A stretch of DNA of 64,000 bases from an uncultured Acidobacteriota bacterium (GTDB lineage Bacteria; Acidobacteriota; Thermoanaerobaculia; UBA5066), in contig CAVZYA010000002.1 in assembly GCA_963779415.1 (NCBI GenBank), forward strand, positions 1,088,001 through 1,152,000, read 5' to 3'. The position numbers and the translations under genes are program-made. The notes beneath the pieces were generated by a model. The model was not told the DNA's origin. It ran no database searches and was given only the letters and a program-made list of their open reading frames with translations. Below are positions 1 to 13,180 of the stretch, piece after piece (position 1 is the first letter of the stretch; each line of letters opens with the position of its first letter).

Positions 1-1
1 G

Positions 2-613
2 GGGATCGGACCCTTCTTCATCGTCCTGGGGGCGGTGCTGTCGGCGTTGCCGATTCGCGCCCGGGCGATCGGCAAGGTGGCGTTCTACTTCGGAGCGATC
101 TTCTTCGCGCTCGACCTGGTCTCGAGCGAGCTGAAGCCGCTGCAATCGCAGCCGTGGTTCCAGCAGGCGCTCGTCATGGCGAGTGCGCCGGCGGTCGGAG
201 TCCTGGTCGGCCTGGTTTTCACCGCTCTAATCCAGTCGAGCAGCGTAACGACCGGCGTGGCGATCATGCTGGTTCAGCAGGGACTGGTCCCCCCGGAGTC
301 GGCAATCGCGATCGTCCTGGGGGCCAATGTGGGATCGACCTCCACGGCACTGATCGCCAGCCTCGCCATGAAGCCGACAGCCCGGGCGACGGCAATCTCG
401 AACTTCCTGTTCAACGCGTCCGGCGTCGTGATGTTCTTCCCTTTCCTCGGGCCGTTCTCGCGGGCGATGGCTGCTCTCGGGCCACCGGCTGCGGCGGTCG
501 CCGCCGCGCATCTCCTGTTCAACCTCGCGGTTGCCGCGGTCTACCTCCCGGCGCTTGGATGGGTCGAGCCGATTCTGCGCCGGCGCCTCGGCGCCGATGC
601 CGGCGCAGGTTGA
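2..613 (+). CDS. Na/Pi cotransporter family protein (5' truncated by window edge)
   Basis: Frame open from base 2; hydrophobic; IQSSSVTT and [10 protein letters not shown] motifs typical of the Na/Pi cotransporter repeat. Confidence 0.85.
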   Translation, partial: GIGPFFIVLGAVLSALPIRARAIGKVAFYFGAIFFALDLVSSELKPLQSQPWFQQALVMASAPAVGVLVGLVFTALIQSSSVTTGVAIMLVQQGLVPPESAIAIVLGANVGSTSTALIASLAMKPTARATAISNFLFNASGVVMFFPFLGPFSRAMAALGPPAAAVAAAHLLFNLAVAAVYLPALGWVEPILRRRLGADAGAG

Positions 614-847
614 CGGGCAGGCTGCGTCGGCCGGGAGGTTCCGACCGCGCGAACCTGCTCAGGGACGGCTGCAGAGGATCCGGCGCCGTCAGCCAGCGCT
701 TCGTGCGCGGGATGGGAACGGGATCAGGCTGGTCCGTCATTCTCGGAGTCCCTTCCGGGAGTCGCCCACCACATCCCGATCGTGAATCGAATCTATCCGA
801 GCCGGCCTTGTCCCCGCCGGGTCCGCGCGAAGGGTAAACTTCTGCAT

Positions 848-863
848 TGCACTCGCCGTGCCG
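848..863 (-). promoter_or_regulatory. Putative sigma54 -24/-12 promoter
   Basis: Minus strand CGGCACGGCGAGTGCA has GG-N10-GC spacing, close to TGGCACG-N4-TTGCW. Confidence 0.35.
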
Positions 864-949
864 GCGGTGATCCGCTGAGGAGATTGGACACGGCGGCGTG
901 GTAGCGTGTTCCCTTGCCGGCGAGAGGAAGTGCATGATGAAAGAGACCG

Positions 950-1636
950 TTGTCCGCCATGGTCACTAAGCCCGTGGCTGACGAGCCCCCGGGATCCTCT
1001 CGGCGGGTGCTGGACCCCGTCGAACACACGTCCGAGATCCTGTTCGGCCTGATCATGGTCATGGCCTGCACGGGCTCGTTCAGCGTCGCCGGTGCCGGCC
1101 GGGCACAGGTCCGCACGATGCTCCTCGCCGCCCTCGGCTGCAATCTGGCTTGGGGCGTCATCGACGCCGTCTTCTACCTGATGGGCCGTCTTGCCGAGAC
1201 GGGACAGGTCATCAAGATCCTGAACGCCGTACGCCAGAGCGCAGATCCCGAGGAGACGCAGAAGGCCCTCGCCGGGACGCTGCCGCCGCAGGTCGCTTCC
1301 GTCCTCGAGCCACGGGAGCTGGGGGCGATGTGCCTTCGATTGAAGGCGCTCGATGAAGCGTCCGATCCGAAGTTCCCGAGCAAGGACGATCTTCTGGGCG
1401 CCCTGGGGGTCTTCCTGCTGGTCTTTCTCTCCACGTTCCCGGTGGTCATTCCGTTCCTCTTCATGAAAGACGTCCGGATGGCCCTGCACGTCTCCAACGC
1501 CGTCGCCATCGTCCTGTTGTTCGTGACGGGCTATCACTTCGGCAGATCGGCCGGGCGCCGCCCGGTCCGGACCGGAACCCTGATGGTCCTTCTCGGGGCG
1601 GCCCTCGTGGGGCTCACGATCGCTCTCGGAGGATGA
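950..1636 (+). CDS. VIT1/CCC1-like membrane protein
   Basis: About 5 TM segments; EILFGLIM, GCNLAWGVIDAVFY, PVVIPF and SNAVAIVLLF pattern. Confidence 0.7.
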   Translation: MSAMVTKPVADEPPGSSRRVLDPVEHTSEILFGLIMVMACTGSFSVAGAGRAQVRTMLLAALGCNLAWGVIDAVFYLMGRLAETGQVIKILNAVRQSADPEETQKALAGTLPPQVASVLEPRELGAMCLRLKALDEASDPKFPSKDDLLGALGVFLLVFLSTFPVVIPFLFMKDVRMALHVSNAVAIVLLFVTGYHFGRSAGRRPVRTGTLMVLLGAALVGLTIALGG

Positions 1637-2277
1637 CGCTGAGGCGTGCGATTCGGGCGCTCCCGGCCGTCCTGGCCCTGTGCGCCTGTCCATTGCTGGC
1701 GCAGTCGACGGCGACGGCCGGCACGGAATCGGAGAAGGCCTGGTCCTACTCGGCGTCGATCTACGGCTACCTCCTCCCGGAAAGCACGGACTACCTGCAG
1801 CCGACAGTCACGGCGGACCGCGGATGGCTCCACCTCGAGGCTCGCTACAACTACGAGGCCGCGAGGACAGGCTCCTTCTGGGTCGGTTACAACTTCAGCG
1901 TCGGGAAGGACGTGACTCTCGACTTCACGCCGATGCTCGGCGGCGTCTTCGGCGACATGACCGGTATCGCGCCCGGATACGCGGGCTCGCTCCGCTGGTG
2001 GAAGCTCGAGCTCTACAGCCAGGGCGAATACGTCATCGACACCAGCCCCTCGTCCGAAAGCTTCTTCTACACCTGGTCGGAGCTGACGATGGCCCCAGCC
2101 GACTGGTTCAAGTTCGGCTTCGTGATCCAGCGGACGAAGCTCTATCAAACCGAGTTCGACATCCAGCGCGGCGTCCTGCTGGGCTTCTCCTGGAAGAAGG
2201 CGAACTTCACCGCCTACGTCTTCAACCCGGACGCGAGCAAGCCGGTGGTCGTCCTCGCACTCGGCCTGGACTTCTGA
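1633..2277 (+). CDS. Hypothetical outer-membrane beta-barrel protein
   Basis: Signal peptide, aromatic-rich alternating strands, C-terminal Phe (LGLDF); ATGA overlap with the upstream stop. Confidence 0.65.
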   Translation: MTLRRAIRALPAVLALCACPLLAQSTATAGTESEKAWSYSASIYGYLLPESTDYLQPTVTADRGWLHLEARYNYEAARTGSFWVGYNFSVGKDVTLDFTPMLGGVFGDMTGIAPGYAGSLRWWKLELYSQGEYVIDTSPSSESFFYTWSELTMAPADWFKFGFVIQRTKLYQTEFDIQRGVLLGFSWKKANFTAYVFNPDASKPVVVLALGLDF

Positions 2278-2279
2278 CC

Positions 2280-3014
2280 GTGTTTCCGCGCGACGGGGCC
2301 GGGCTCCCCGGTTGCCGGTTCCTGATCCTGTGTCTTGCGTTGGCTCTCGCCCGTACCGCGCGGGCCGGCGATCCCACCGAGTTCTGGCCCGAGCTGAATC
2401 TCTACGAGGGCCTCGGCCCCACGACGAGGCTCTACTTCGCCACGGCGTACGCCAACGGCAAGGAATCCGAGTTCCGGACGCTGGACCTCGCCGGGTATCT
2501 CGACGTCACCTTCAAGCCGTTCCTCAGGGACAAATACAAGGGGGACTGGAGGTCCGACGAGGACTGGAGGAAGAAGAGGTACTTCTGGGTCCGGGTCGGC
2601 TTCGACTACGTCGGGAAGCAGTCGACGGCGGACGGCACGTCCTCCACGCCGGAGTACCGGGGAATACTCGCGGCCCTCGGGAGGGTCTACCTTCCGGCCG
2701 AGATCCTCCTCGAAACCCGCTTTCGGGTCGACTTTCGCTGGATCGGCACCGACTACTCGAACCGGTACCGCCCGAGGATCGAGCTGAACCGCGACTTTCC
2801 CGTCTTCGGAACCGTCGCCAACGTCTACTTCCAGGCCGAGTTCTTCTATGACACCCGGTACGACGGATGGGCCCGGCAGCTCTACCAGGTGGGAGCGGAG
2901 GTCACGCTCACCAGGCATTTCCGGATCGAGCCGTTCGTCGCGCGGCAGATCGACCGCCTCCCCGCCGCGTCGGGGCTCTACGCAATCGGGCTCGTCGCCC
3001 GCTGGTACTACTGA
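2280..3014 (+). CDS. DUF2490-like outer-membrane beta-barrel protein
   Basis: 3' part of track ORF 1680..3014; GTG at 2280, signal peptide, EYR / RFRVDFR / RYRPRIE pattern, aromatic C-terminus. Confidence 0.6.
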   Translation: MFPRDGAGLPGCRFLILCLALALARTARAGDPTEFWPELNLYEGLGPTTRLYFATAYANGKESEFRTLDLAGYLDVTFKPFLRDKYKGDWRSDEDWRKKRYFWVRVGFDYVGKQSTADGTSSTPEYRGILAALGRVYLPAEILLETRFRVDFRWIGTDYSNRYRPRIELNRDFPVFGTVANVYFQAEFFYDTRYDGWARQLYQVGAEVTLTRHFRIEPFVARQIDRLPAASGLYAIGLVARWYY

Positions 3015-3023
3015 GAGGGAAAC

Positions 3024-3896
3024 ATGGCAGACTCGAGATCAGAAAGAGAGGTCCGGTACATGGGTAAGAAGAAGAAGAAAGAACACGGGGACCCGACGAA
3101 GGCCGATGTGGGGGTGCCCGGCGAGAAGATCTCGAAGAAGGATTACGCACGGGAGATGAAGAAGCTTCACGTGGAACTTGTCAAGCTCCAGGAGTGGGTG
3201 AAGCACAAGGGGCTCAAGGTCTGCGTCGTTTTCGAGGGGCGCGACGGCGCCGGCAAGGGCGGCACGATCAAGGCGATTACGGAGCGGGTGAGCCCTCGGG
3301 TCTTTCGGGTCGTTGCGCTGACCGCTCCGACCGAGCGCGAGAAGTCGCAGATGTACGCGCAGCGCTACATGCCGTACCTGCCGGCATCGGGTGAGGTGGT
3401 GATCTTCGACCGCAGCTGGTACAACCGGGCCGGGGTCGAGCGCGTGATGGGCTTCTGTACTGAGGAGGAGGCCCGGCGTTTCCTGAAACTTGTGCCGCTG
3501 TTCGAGAAGATCGTGGTCGAGTCCGGCATCATCCTCCTGAAGTACTGGCTGGAGGTGAACCCGGACGAGCAGACGCGGCGGCTCAAGGCGCGCATCGACG
3601 ACGGCCGCAAGATCTGGAAGCTTTCGCCGATGGACCTGAAATCGTACAGCCGCTGGTACGACTACTCGAAGGCGCGCGACGAGATGTTCGCCGCGACCGA
3701 TACCGCGTGGGCGCCGTGGTTCGTCGCGCGATCCGACGACAAGCAACGGGCGCGGCTGAACATCATCGCGCACCTTCTCGGCAGCATCCGGTACAAGGAG
3801 GCGCCGCGTGAGAAGGTGAAGCTGCCGAAGCGGCAGAAGCCCGGCGGCTACCACGAGCCGGACTATCCGTACAAGATCATCGCGGAGAAGTACTGA
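3024..3896 (+). CDS. ppk2: Polyphosphate kinase 2
   Basis: FEGRDGAGKGG P-loop, FDRSWYNRAGVERVMGFC and WKLSPMD motifs; alternative start at 3060. Confidence 0.95.
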   Translation: MADSRSEREVRYMGKKKKKEHGDPTKADVGVPGEKISKKDYAREMKKLHVELVKLQEWVKHKGLKVCVVFEGRDGAGKGGTIKAITERVSPRVFRVVALTAPTEREKSQMYAQRYMPYLPASGEVVIFDRSWYNRAGVERVMGFCTEEEARRFLKLVPLFEKIVVESGIILLKYWLEVNPDEQTRRLKARIDDGRKIWKLSPMDLKSYSRWYDYSKARDEMFAATDTAWAPWFVARSDDKQRARLNIIAHLLGSIRYKEAPREKVKLPKRQKPGGYHEPDYPYKIIAEKY

Positions 3897-3933
3897 GCGG
3901 GCCGCGTGATACGCTGCTAGCGGGAGACTGATC

Positions 3934-4653
3934 ATGCTCAAACGTGTAGGTGTCGTCGCGGGACTGGCGCTTCTCGTCACAGCCCTGCAAGCGCAGCAGC
4001 CCGGGCAACCCCAGGGACAGTCCCAAACCCCGCAAACGAAGGGTCAGGAGCCGCCGATCACCGTCTACCGTGTCGACCTCGTTCCCACCGGGACCGCTTT
4101 CGCGATGAACGAGCCGGTCTTGGAAGGAGACGTCTGGGTCTTCCGCAGCCTCCCGGACAGAACGCTCGAGCGGGTTCCCAAGTCGAAGGTGAAGGCGGTT
4201 TCCCGATGGTCGACGGACTACTCGAAGGAGTTCGTCTTCCAGGTGGAGTTCGTCCCGACGGGCGGGGTCCTCGTCCGCGAGGAACCGGTGAAGAAGGGAA
4301 CGAACTTCGTCTTCAAGACCTGGAGGCAGGGAACGCTTCTCTCCATGCAGGAGGCGGACGTCAAGAAGATCACGCGTCTGACGGGGTTCGAGGCGTTCAA
4401 GGCCGAGATGACGGAACTGGGGGTCGTCGTCCTGAAGGGCGAGACGACGGAAGCGGGCTTCAACAACGCGGCGGCGAATTCCCCCGAACCCGCCGGTGCC
4501 TCCTCCCAGCCCCCGGGGGCGAGGCCGGGCCAGGGCAATTGGACGTACCAGGGAACGCCGGGCTCGTCCGACGCGTACGCGCCGGCAGGCGGGACGGTTG
4601 CGAAACCGGGCGACACGCCGATGGCGCCCCAGCCGACCCGGCCTCCCCGCTGA
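3934..4653 (+). CDS. Hypothetical secreted protein
   Basis: Signal peptide; internal duplication (VDLVPTG.../VEFVPTG...); Pro-rich tail. Confidence 0.65.
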   Translation: MLKRVGVVAGLALLVTALQAQQPGQPQGQSQTPQTKGQEPPITVYRVDLVPTGTAFAMNEPVLEGDVWVFRSLPDRTLERVPKSKVKAVSRWSTDYSKEFVFQVEFVPTGGVLVREEPVKKGTNFVFKTWRQGTLLSMQEADVKKITRLTGFEAFKAEMTELGVVVLKGETTEAGFNNAAANSPEPAGASSQPPGARPGQGNWTYQGTPGSSDAYAPAGGTVAKPGDTPMAPQPTRPPR

Positions 4654-4680
4654 CGTCGCCTCTGCCCAGAGCGGGGTCGT

Positions 4681-5487
4681 TTAACTGTCTGTTCCCGTGG
4701 GCAGCCTGGGCGCGGCCAGGCGGCGGAAGAGCCGGTCGCGGTCGCTGTCGAAGTAGTAGAGCTTGGCGACCTCGATCCGCTTCGCGAGGAAGCTGCAGGC
4801 GAGAACGGCCAGGAGCATTCCGAAAAGCGGCCCGGCCCAGTAGATCCACCACCCCTGCCATTCTCCGGAGATGATCGCCGGACCGAGGCTGCGGGCAGGG
4901 TTCGTGCTGGTGCCGGAGATCGGCGACTCTGCCCAGACCATGATCGCGTAGAGAGGGGGGAAGATTCCCGGTGTGAACGGCCGGAGGTGCCGGAAACCGA
5001 GGAAAACGGCCAGGAGAGCGACCATCGCGAACGTCGTGATCACCTCGCCCAGGAACGCCGTCGAGAGCGTCGTGTCGGAACCCGGTAGGGTCGCTCCGAA
5101 GGCCACGCTCTTCCCCATCGCTCCCCAGAGAAGAAGAGGCAGGGACCCCACGACCGCGCCAACGAGCTGGGCCCCGATATAGACGAGGGTCGTCTTCAGG
5201 TCGAGTTTGCCCATCAGCCGGAAGCCGAGCGTGACGGCGGGGTTGATGTGCGCTCCGCTCACCTTCCCGACGGGAGAGAGCGCGATGGAGGCTCCCGTCG
5301 TCCCGAAGAGAAAACCGGTGATCAGGCGTCTGAGCCCCTCGCTCGGGAAAAGACGCGCCATTGGGGTGCCGGTTCCGAACATCAGGATGACGAGCGACAG
5401 GCCGACCAGCAGCAGGAGGGCCGTGCCGACGAGCTCGGAGAGGAACACCCGAGGGAGAGCTCCGGGTTCTTTCCGGTCGTTCGTCAT
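4681..5487 (-). CDS. MIP/aquaporin family channel
   Basis: SGAHINPAVT and STNPARSLGP (two NPA boxes); 6 TM segments. Confidence 0.92.
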   Translation of the reverse strand: MTNDRKEPGALPRVFLSELVGTALLLLVGLSLVILMFGTGTPMARLFPSEGLRRLITGFLFGTTGASIALSPVGKVSGAHINPAVTLGFRLMGKLDLKTTLVYIGAQLVGAVVGSLPLLLWGAMGKSVAFGATLPGSDTTLSTAFLGEVITTFAMVALLAVFLGFRHLRPFTPGIFPPLYAIMVWAESPISGTSTNPARSLGPAIISGEWQGWWIYWAGPLFGMLLAVLACSFLAKRIEVAKLYYFDSDRDRLFRRLAAPRLPTGTDS

Positions 5488-6665
5488 GGCGCGGGCGAAA
5501 AGAGGATGCAGACCGGTTCCGGCACCGCGACCGGAGTGCCGACGGCGTGAGGAAGCCCTGTCTCCGGATCGAGACGGAAAACGGCGACCGAGCCGGAGTC
5601 CTGGTTGGCAACGATCAACCAGCGGCCCGAAGGGTCGATCGCGAAGTGCCGCGGCGTGTGCCCTCCGGTAGGGACACGTCCGACGTGCGCGAGCCGACCT
5701 CCTGCGTCGATCGTCAAGATCGTAAGGGCGTCATCGCCGCGGTTCGAGACGTAGAGGAAGCGCCCGTCGGGCGCGACGGCGATCTCCGCGGACTTGTTGT
5801 CCCCCGAAAAGCCGGTCGCGACGGCCGGGACCGTCTGGAACGGCTCGAGGCGCCCACGCTCCGCATCCCAGCGAAACGCCGTCACGGTGGAGAAGAGCTC
5901 GTTGACGGCGTAGAGGATCCGGCCGGACGGATGCCAGGCGAGGTGGCGCGGCCCCGAACCCGGCTCGAGCGCGACGCCGGCCGACGCCTCGCCGGAGAGT
6001 GGGCCCGCGGCCCTGTCGAAGCGATCGACGAGGATCCGATCAGCTCCGAGGTCGACCGTCAGAAGGAATTTCTTCGAAGGGTCGAAGAAGACGCCGTGCG
6101 CGTGCGGTGACTGCTGCCGCGCGGCGTTCGGGCCCGATCCCGAGAGGGGTCGCACGCGGACAGCGGGCCGCAGCCGGCCGTCGGCATCGAGCGGAAGGAC
6201 GGCGACGGAGCCGCCGGAGTAGTTCGCGACAACCACGCTGCGGCCCTCCGAGTCCACCGCCAGGTGACAGGGATCAGCGCCCTCCGAAGGTACCTGGTTG
6301 AGGAGAGAGAGATTCCCCGTGGACGGGTCGACCGAAAAGGCGCTGACCGCGCCGGTGGGCCGGCCGCCGAAGGTCGGCACCTCGTTGACGGCGTAGAGGA
6401 TCCGGCCACCCGGACAGAGAGCCAGGAAAGAGGGATTCTCCGATTGAGCAGCGAGGACGGGCCCCTCGACGACGGCCCCGTTGGACGCATCCAGCTCAAC
6501 CTTGTAGATCCCCCGGCTTCCGGCGCCCGTGTACGTGCCGACGTAGACGCGGAGGAGATTCTTCGAGTCGCGACTCTCGTCGGGGCCGGGCTGCGCCGCG
6601 ACCGCTCCCGCGAGGAGGAGCGCGGCCGCCAATACCCTTCTGAGAAATCTCCCGGCCGACGTCAC
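5484..6665 (-). CDS. pgl: Lactonase, 6-phosphogluconolactonase (Pgl/YbhE) beta-propeller family, with signal peptide
   Basis: VYVGTYT, ANYSGGSV, PHAH, GSGPRHL, LYVSNRG, TPRHF and ANQDS motifs. Confidence 0.85.
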   Translation of the reverse strand: MTSAGRFLRRVLAAALLLAGAVAAQPGPDESRDSKNLLRVYVGTYTGAGSRGIYKVELDASNGAVVEGPVLAAQSENPSFLALCPGGRILYAVNEVPTFGGRPTGAVSAFSVDPSTGNLSLLNQVPSEGADPCHLAVDSEGRSVVVANYSGGSVAVLPLDADGRLRPAVRVRPLSGSGPNAARQQSPHAHGVFFDPSKKFLLTVDLGADRILVDRFDRAAGPLSGEASAGVALEPGSGPRHLAWHPSGRILYAVNELFSTVTAFRWDAERGRLEPFQTVPAVATGFSGDNKSAEIAVAPDGRFLYVSNRGDDALTILTIDAGGRLAHVGRVPTGGHTPRHFAIDPSGRWLIVANQDSGSVAVFRLDPETGLPHAVGTPVAVPEPVCILFSPAP

Positions 6666-6676
6666 CCTTCAGCGCC

Positions 6677-7726
6677 TCATGCCTCGGAGAACTGGATCAC
6701 GACCTTGATGTCGTCCGGTCTTCTTTCCAGAGCCTGCGTGAAGCTCTCCGGCTTTTCACGGCGTGTGATCAGGCGGCTCAGCCACTTCCGGTCCGCGCGG
6801 GCGAGGGCCTCGCTCGCCTTGTACCAGTGCCGCTTGTTCGCGTTGACGCTCCCGACGACGACGTTGTTCCGGAGGACCACGTTGGCCGCCACGTCCGCAA
6901 TCGGCATCGTGCCCGTGCGCCCGCCGCTCCCGACGCCGGTGAGGCAGACGACGCCGCCGGACGAGACCGCCTGCAGCGCGTCCGAGATGACCGCGCCGAC
7001 GCCGGTACATTCGACAATGGCATCGGGCTGGAAGCCGATGCCGGCGGCCGTGCCCGAGTGGTACGTCGCCCCGAGGGCCCGCACGAGGTCCGGCTTCGGT
7101 CCCGATTCGACCCGGTCCAGGACGTGGACCTCGAGGCCGCGCTGCATCGCCACGAGAGCCGCGAGGAGGCCGATCGGCCCGGCCCCCGCCACGAGGACCG
7201 TCCGAGGCTCCCAGAAGGCGCGGTGCCCCACGGCGGAGACCTGCTCCCATGCCTTCGCGACGACGGTCATCGGCTCGAGGAGGACGCCGAGGAGGCCGAG
7301 CGTCGGGTCGACCTTCATCGCGTACTCGGGCTCGATCCGCCACCGCTCCGACATGTAGCCGTGGATCTCCTTGATGCCGCGCTCGGTGTACTGCCCGTTC
7401 CGGCACATGTCCCACTCGCCGACGGCGCAGCTCGGGCAGGGGACCGGGTCCGGGCGGCGGACGATCCCGACGACGAGATCGCCCTTCTTCAGCGCGCCCG
7501 CCGGCCCCGGGTCGACGACGCGCCCGAGCGACTCGTGGCCGAGGACCAGGCGGCTCGCCCCGGGGGGCGCCCAGCCGTACTTCCCCTCCACGATCTCGAT
7601 ATCCGTCCCGCAGACACCGACGGCTACGGCCTCGACGAGGACGGACCCTTCGTGCGCACCGGGCTCGGGGAACTCTTCGAGCCGCGCGCTTCCCGCGCGG
7701 CGCGGTTCGACCGTGATCGCTTTCAT
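6677..7726 (-). CDS. Zn-dependent glucose 1-dehydrogenase (MDR family)
   Basis: VCGTD, LGHESLG, VRRPDPVPCPSC..C, GAGPIG and GSVNAN motifs; ATG at 7726 with GGAGG RBS. Confidence 0.85.
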   Translation of the reverse strand: MKAITVEPRRAGSARLEEFPEPGAHEGSVLVEAVAVGVCGTDIEIVEGKYGWAPPGASRLVLGHESLGRVVDPGPAGALKKGDLVVGIVRRPDPVPCPSCAVGEWDMCRNGQYTERGIKEIHGYMSERWRIEPEYAMKVDPTLGLLGVLLEPMTVVAKAWEQVSAVGHRAFWEPRTVLVAGAGPIGLLAALVAMQRGLEVHVLDRVESGPKPDLVRALGATYHSGTAAGIGFQPDAIVECTGVGAVISDALQAVSSGGVVCLTGVGSGGRTGTMPIADVAANVVLRNNVVVGSVNANKRHWYKASEALARADRKWLSRLITRREKPESFTQALERRPDDIKVVIQFSEA

Positions 7727-7748
7727 GACGGGACCTCCTCGGATTCGT

Positions 7749-8834
7749 TCATTCGTTCCGCCCCCGCTGGGCCATCGAAACCTTCCCCCAGAAGAGCTGG
7801 AGCGGCAGGTGGAGCCGGCTTCCCCACGCGGATTCCTCGTGCGCCTGGAGCGGGAAGGCGAAGTGGAGGAAGTCGCGCCCGTAGACATACCCGCGGCTCT
7901 GGAGGGCGATCGCCATCGCGAGCGTCGCCTCGAAGTTGTCCCCCGGCCAGCCGCTGTCGACGTAGAACTTCGCGGTGTTCTTCGGCTCGGTCAGGACCCG
8001 GTCGATGAGGTCGTCCCTGTGGGAGAAGGTACTGGACATGCAGGCCGCCGCCCCGAAGACCTCCGGCCACTGCCACGCCATGTAGAACGAGACGACGCCC
8101 CCGAGCGAGGAGCCCATGACGGCCGTCTCCTTCCGGCCCCCGATCAGCCGGAGACGCTGACTGGCCAAGGGGACGATCTCCTCCACGACCGACCGGCCGT
8201 AGGCCTCGTAGCCCGGCTTCGTGTACTCGGCCATCCGGTCGCCCGAGTGGACGCCGACGACGACGACCTTGTCGATTGCGTTCATCCCGTCGAGGAGCTG
8301 GAGCGACTCGCCGACGTTCCAGTCGTGGCCGGCGAACGCTTCCTCCGGAAAGAAGAGGTTCTTGCCGTCCTGCATGAAGAGGACCGGGTACTTCTTGAGC
8401 GTGTTTTCCTGGTAGCCGGGAGGGACGTAGGCCCGGACGGCGTGCCGCCGGCCGAGGATCGCCGAGTCGAGCTGGATGAGCGGCGAGAACGTCCCCTTCT
8501 CCGACCCGGAGAAGTACGGATAGACGTCTCGCGTGCCCGGAGAGGTCATCAGGACGAGCCCGTCGGCCCCGACCGCCCAGCGCATTTCGCTCCCGACCTT
8601 CCAGCAGGCCTTGAAATAGAGGAAGGGCCTCTTTGCTTCGAGCCGGAAGGTGAAGGTGGTCCCGTCGTCCGAGACTGAAGCTGCCTCGACGTCGCGGTCC
8701 CAGTCGAGATCGGTTCTCAGGACGATCCGTCCCTCCGCGAGCGGGTATCGGACGCGCAGCTCGCGACGGAGGACCGTTTCCGTCCGGTACAGCGCCTCCG
8801 AGTCGTCTCGCCCACCGGATCCGCCCGGACTCAT
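7749..8834 (-). CDS. Alpha/beta-hydrolase (putative esterase) with N-terminal beta-rich domain
   Basis: YPVLFMQDGKNLF, GSSLGG nucleophile elbow, HEESAW; ATG at 8834 overlapping the upstream stop. Confidence 0.8.
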   Translation of the reverse strand: MSPGGSGGRDDSEALYRTETVLRRELRVRYPLAEGRIVLRTDLDWDRDVEAASVSDDGTTFTFRLEAKRPFLYFKACWKVGSEMRWAVGADGLVLMTSPGTRDVYPYFSGSEKGTFSPLIQLDSAILGRRHAVRAYVPPGYQENTLKKYPVLFMQDGKNLFFPEEAFAGHDWNVGESLQLLDGMNAIDKVVVVGVHSGDRMAEYTKPGYEAYGRSVVEEIVPLASQRLRLIGGRKETAVMGSSLGGVVSFYMAWQWPEVFGAAACMSSTFSHRDDLIDRVLTEPKNTAKFYVDSGWPGDNFEATLAMAIALQSRGYVYGRDFLHFAFPLQAHEESAWGSRLHLPLQLFWGKVSMAQRGRNE

Positions 8835-10324
8835 GCGGGCCCCCTTCCCGTCACTCCGAAGACATGGTATCCCCATGCCGGAAGGTCGAGGTAGAGGCCA
8901 CGCGCCGTGAGGTCGTCGCCCGGGCGGTCGTAGACGGCGTCGCTCATCCGGTCGGCGAGACGCCAGGCGCGGCCGCCGAGGTCGCTCCACGGCATCGCGA
9001 CGTAGCACTGGCTCCGGTGCTCGGCGTAGTTCACGGCGACGAGACGGCGGCGGTCGCCGGGCCCGGTCCAGGAGAAGGCCGATGAAGTCGTCGCCGGTCG
9101 GGTTTCCGTCCCACGCGGAGCGGCACTCGAGGAGCTGCCACTCTCCGTCGCGGAAAGCCGGGTCTTTCAGACAGGCGAGAAGCCGGCCGTAGAAATCGCG
9201 TATCGCCTCGTCCACCGGCTCCGACAGGTCCCCGCCCGAGGTGGACGGGGATCCGGACCCGCTTTCCCTCGCGCTGCCCCTGGTGGATGAAGCGAAGGCC
9301 CGGTGAGAGGAAGGTGAGGACGGCGGCCGCCCGGTGCGACCTCCGGCGGGAACGTCGCGGCCGCCCGCGGCTCGTCGTGGTTCTCGAGGAAGCGGGCCAG
9401 ACGGTCCTGGTAGTCGAGGCCCGCGAAGAGGTGCTCGCGTACCGGGCGCGCGCGGCCCCGCGCTCGAGGCGGTCGTAGAGCCGCTTGTCGTACGTGTAGT
9501 CGAATCCCTGCTGCTGGAGCGTCCACTCGAGGTCCCAGTAGACCTCGGCCATGAAAAGGAAGCCCGGATGTTCCTGCCGAACGGAATCGATTGCCTTCGG
9601 CCAGAAGGGACGGCGCCGGATGCCCCAGGTCCGTTCGAAGACGTCGGGCAGGACCAGCATCGCCATGTCGCAGCGGACCCCGTCGCACTGTCGCGCGATC
9701 CGGGCCAGTTCGCCGATCATGGCCCGCTGCAGCTCCGGGTTGCCATAGTTCAACTGGAGCGTGTCGGGCCAGCCGTCGAAGTAGGGGTCGCGGCCGTACG
9801 CGAGGATGCGTGTTTCGCGGCCCGTTGACGCGGCAGTAGTTCTGGGGCGCGGCGGCGAGCTTCGCTTCCGTCCCCGTCGACGAAGAACTCCGGGCGGTTC
9901 TCGACCCAGCGGTGGTCCGGCGCCATGTGGTTGGGGACGAAGTCGAGGATCAGGCGGAGGCCGCGGCGCCGGAGCCTTTCGCGAAGGCGGGCGAGAGCCT
10001 GCGTCGCCGCCGAAGTCCTCGTGGACCCGGTAGTCGCGGACCGCGAAGCAGGAGCCGCAGACGTCGGACTCGCGGAAGTCGGGGAGGACGCGGCGGTATT
10101 CGGCGAGCCACTCCGGGCTTCGACCGCGACACCCGCCGCGCCGCCTCGCCCGTCTGCCAGACGCCGAGGAACCAGACGAGGTCGAAGCCGTCCGCGGCCA
10201 GCCGGTCCAGCTTCTCGTCCGTGATGTCGTCCAGCGTCGCCGTGCGGCCCAGCTCGGCGGACAGCTCCGAGAGCCGGACGCGCGTGTTGACCTGGAAAAG
10301 CGACGGGATATCGGACGGGGGACA

Positions 10325-10325
<1 letters not shown>
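8831..10325 (-). CDS. GH13 alpha-amylase-domain protein (several frameshifts, probably assembly errors)
   Basis: [22 protein letters not shown] and RFLENHDE are found in successive reading frames. Confidence 0.75.
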
Positions 10326-13102
<2,777 letters not shown>

Positions 13103-13180
13103 TTCGGCAGTCCTCCTGGGCGGTCCGCATCATAGCGACCGAACTCTAGTCGGACCCCCGAAGGGTGTGACCTCGGAAAA

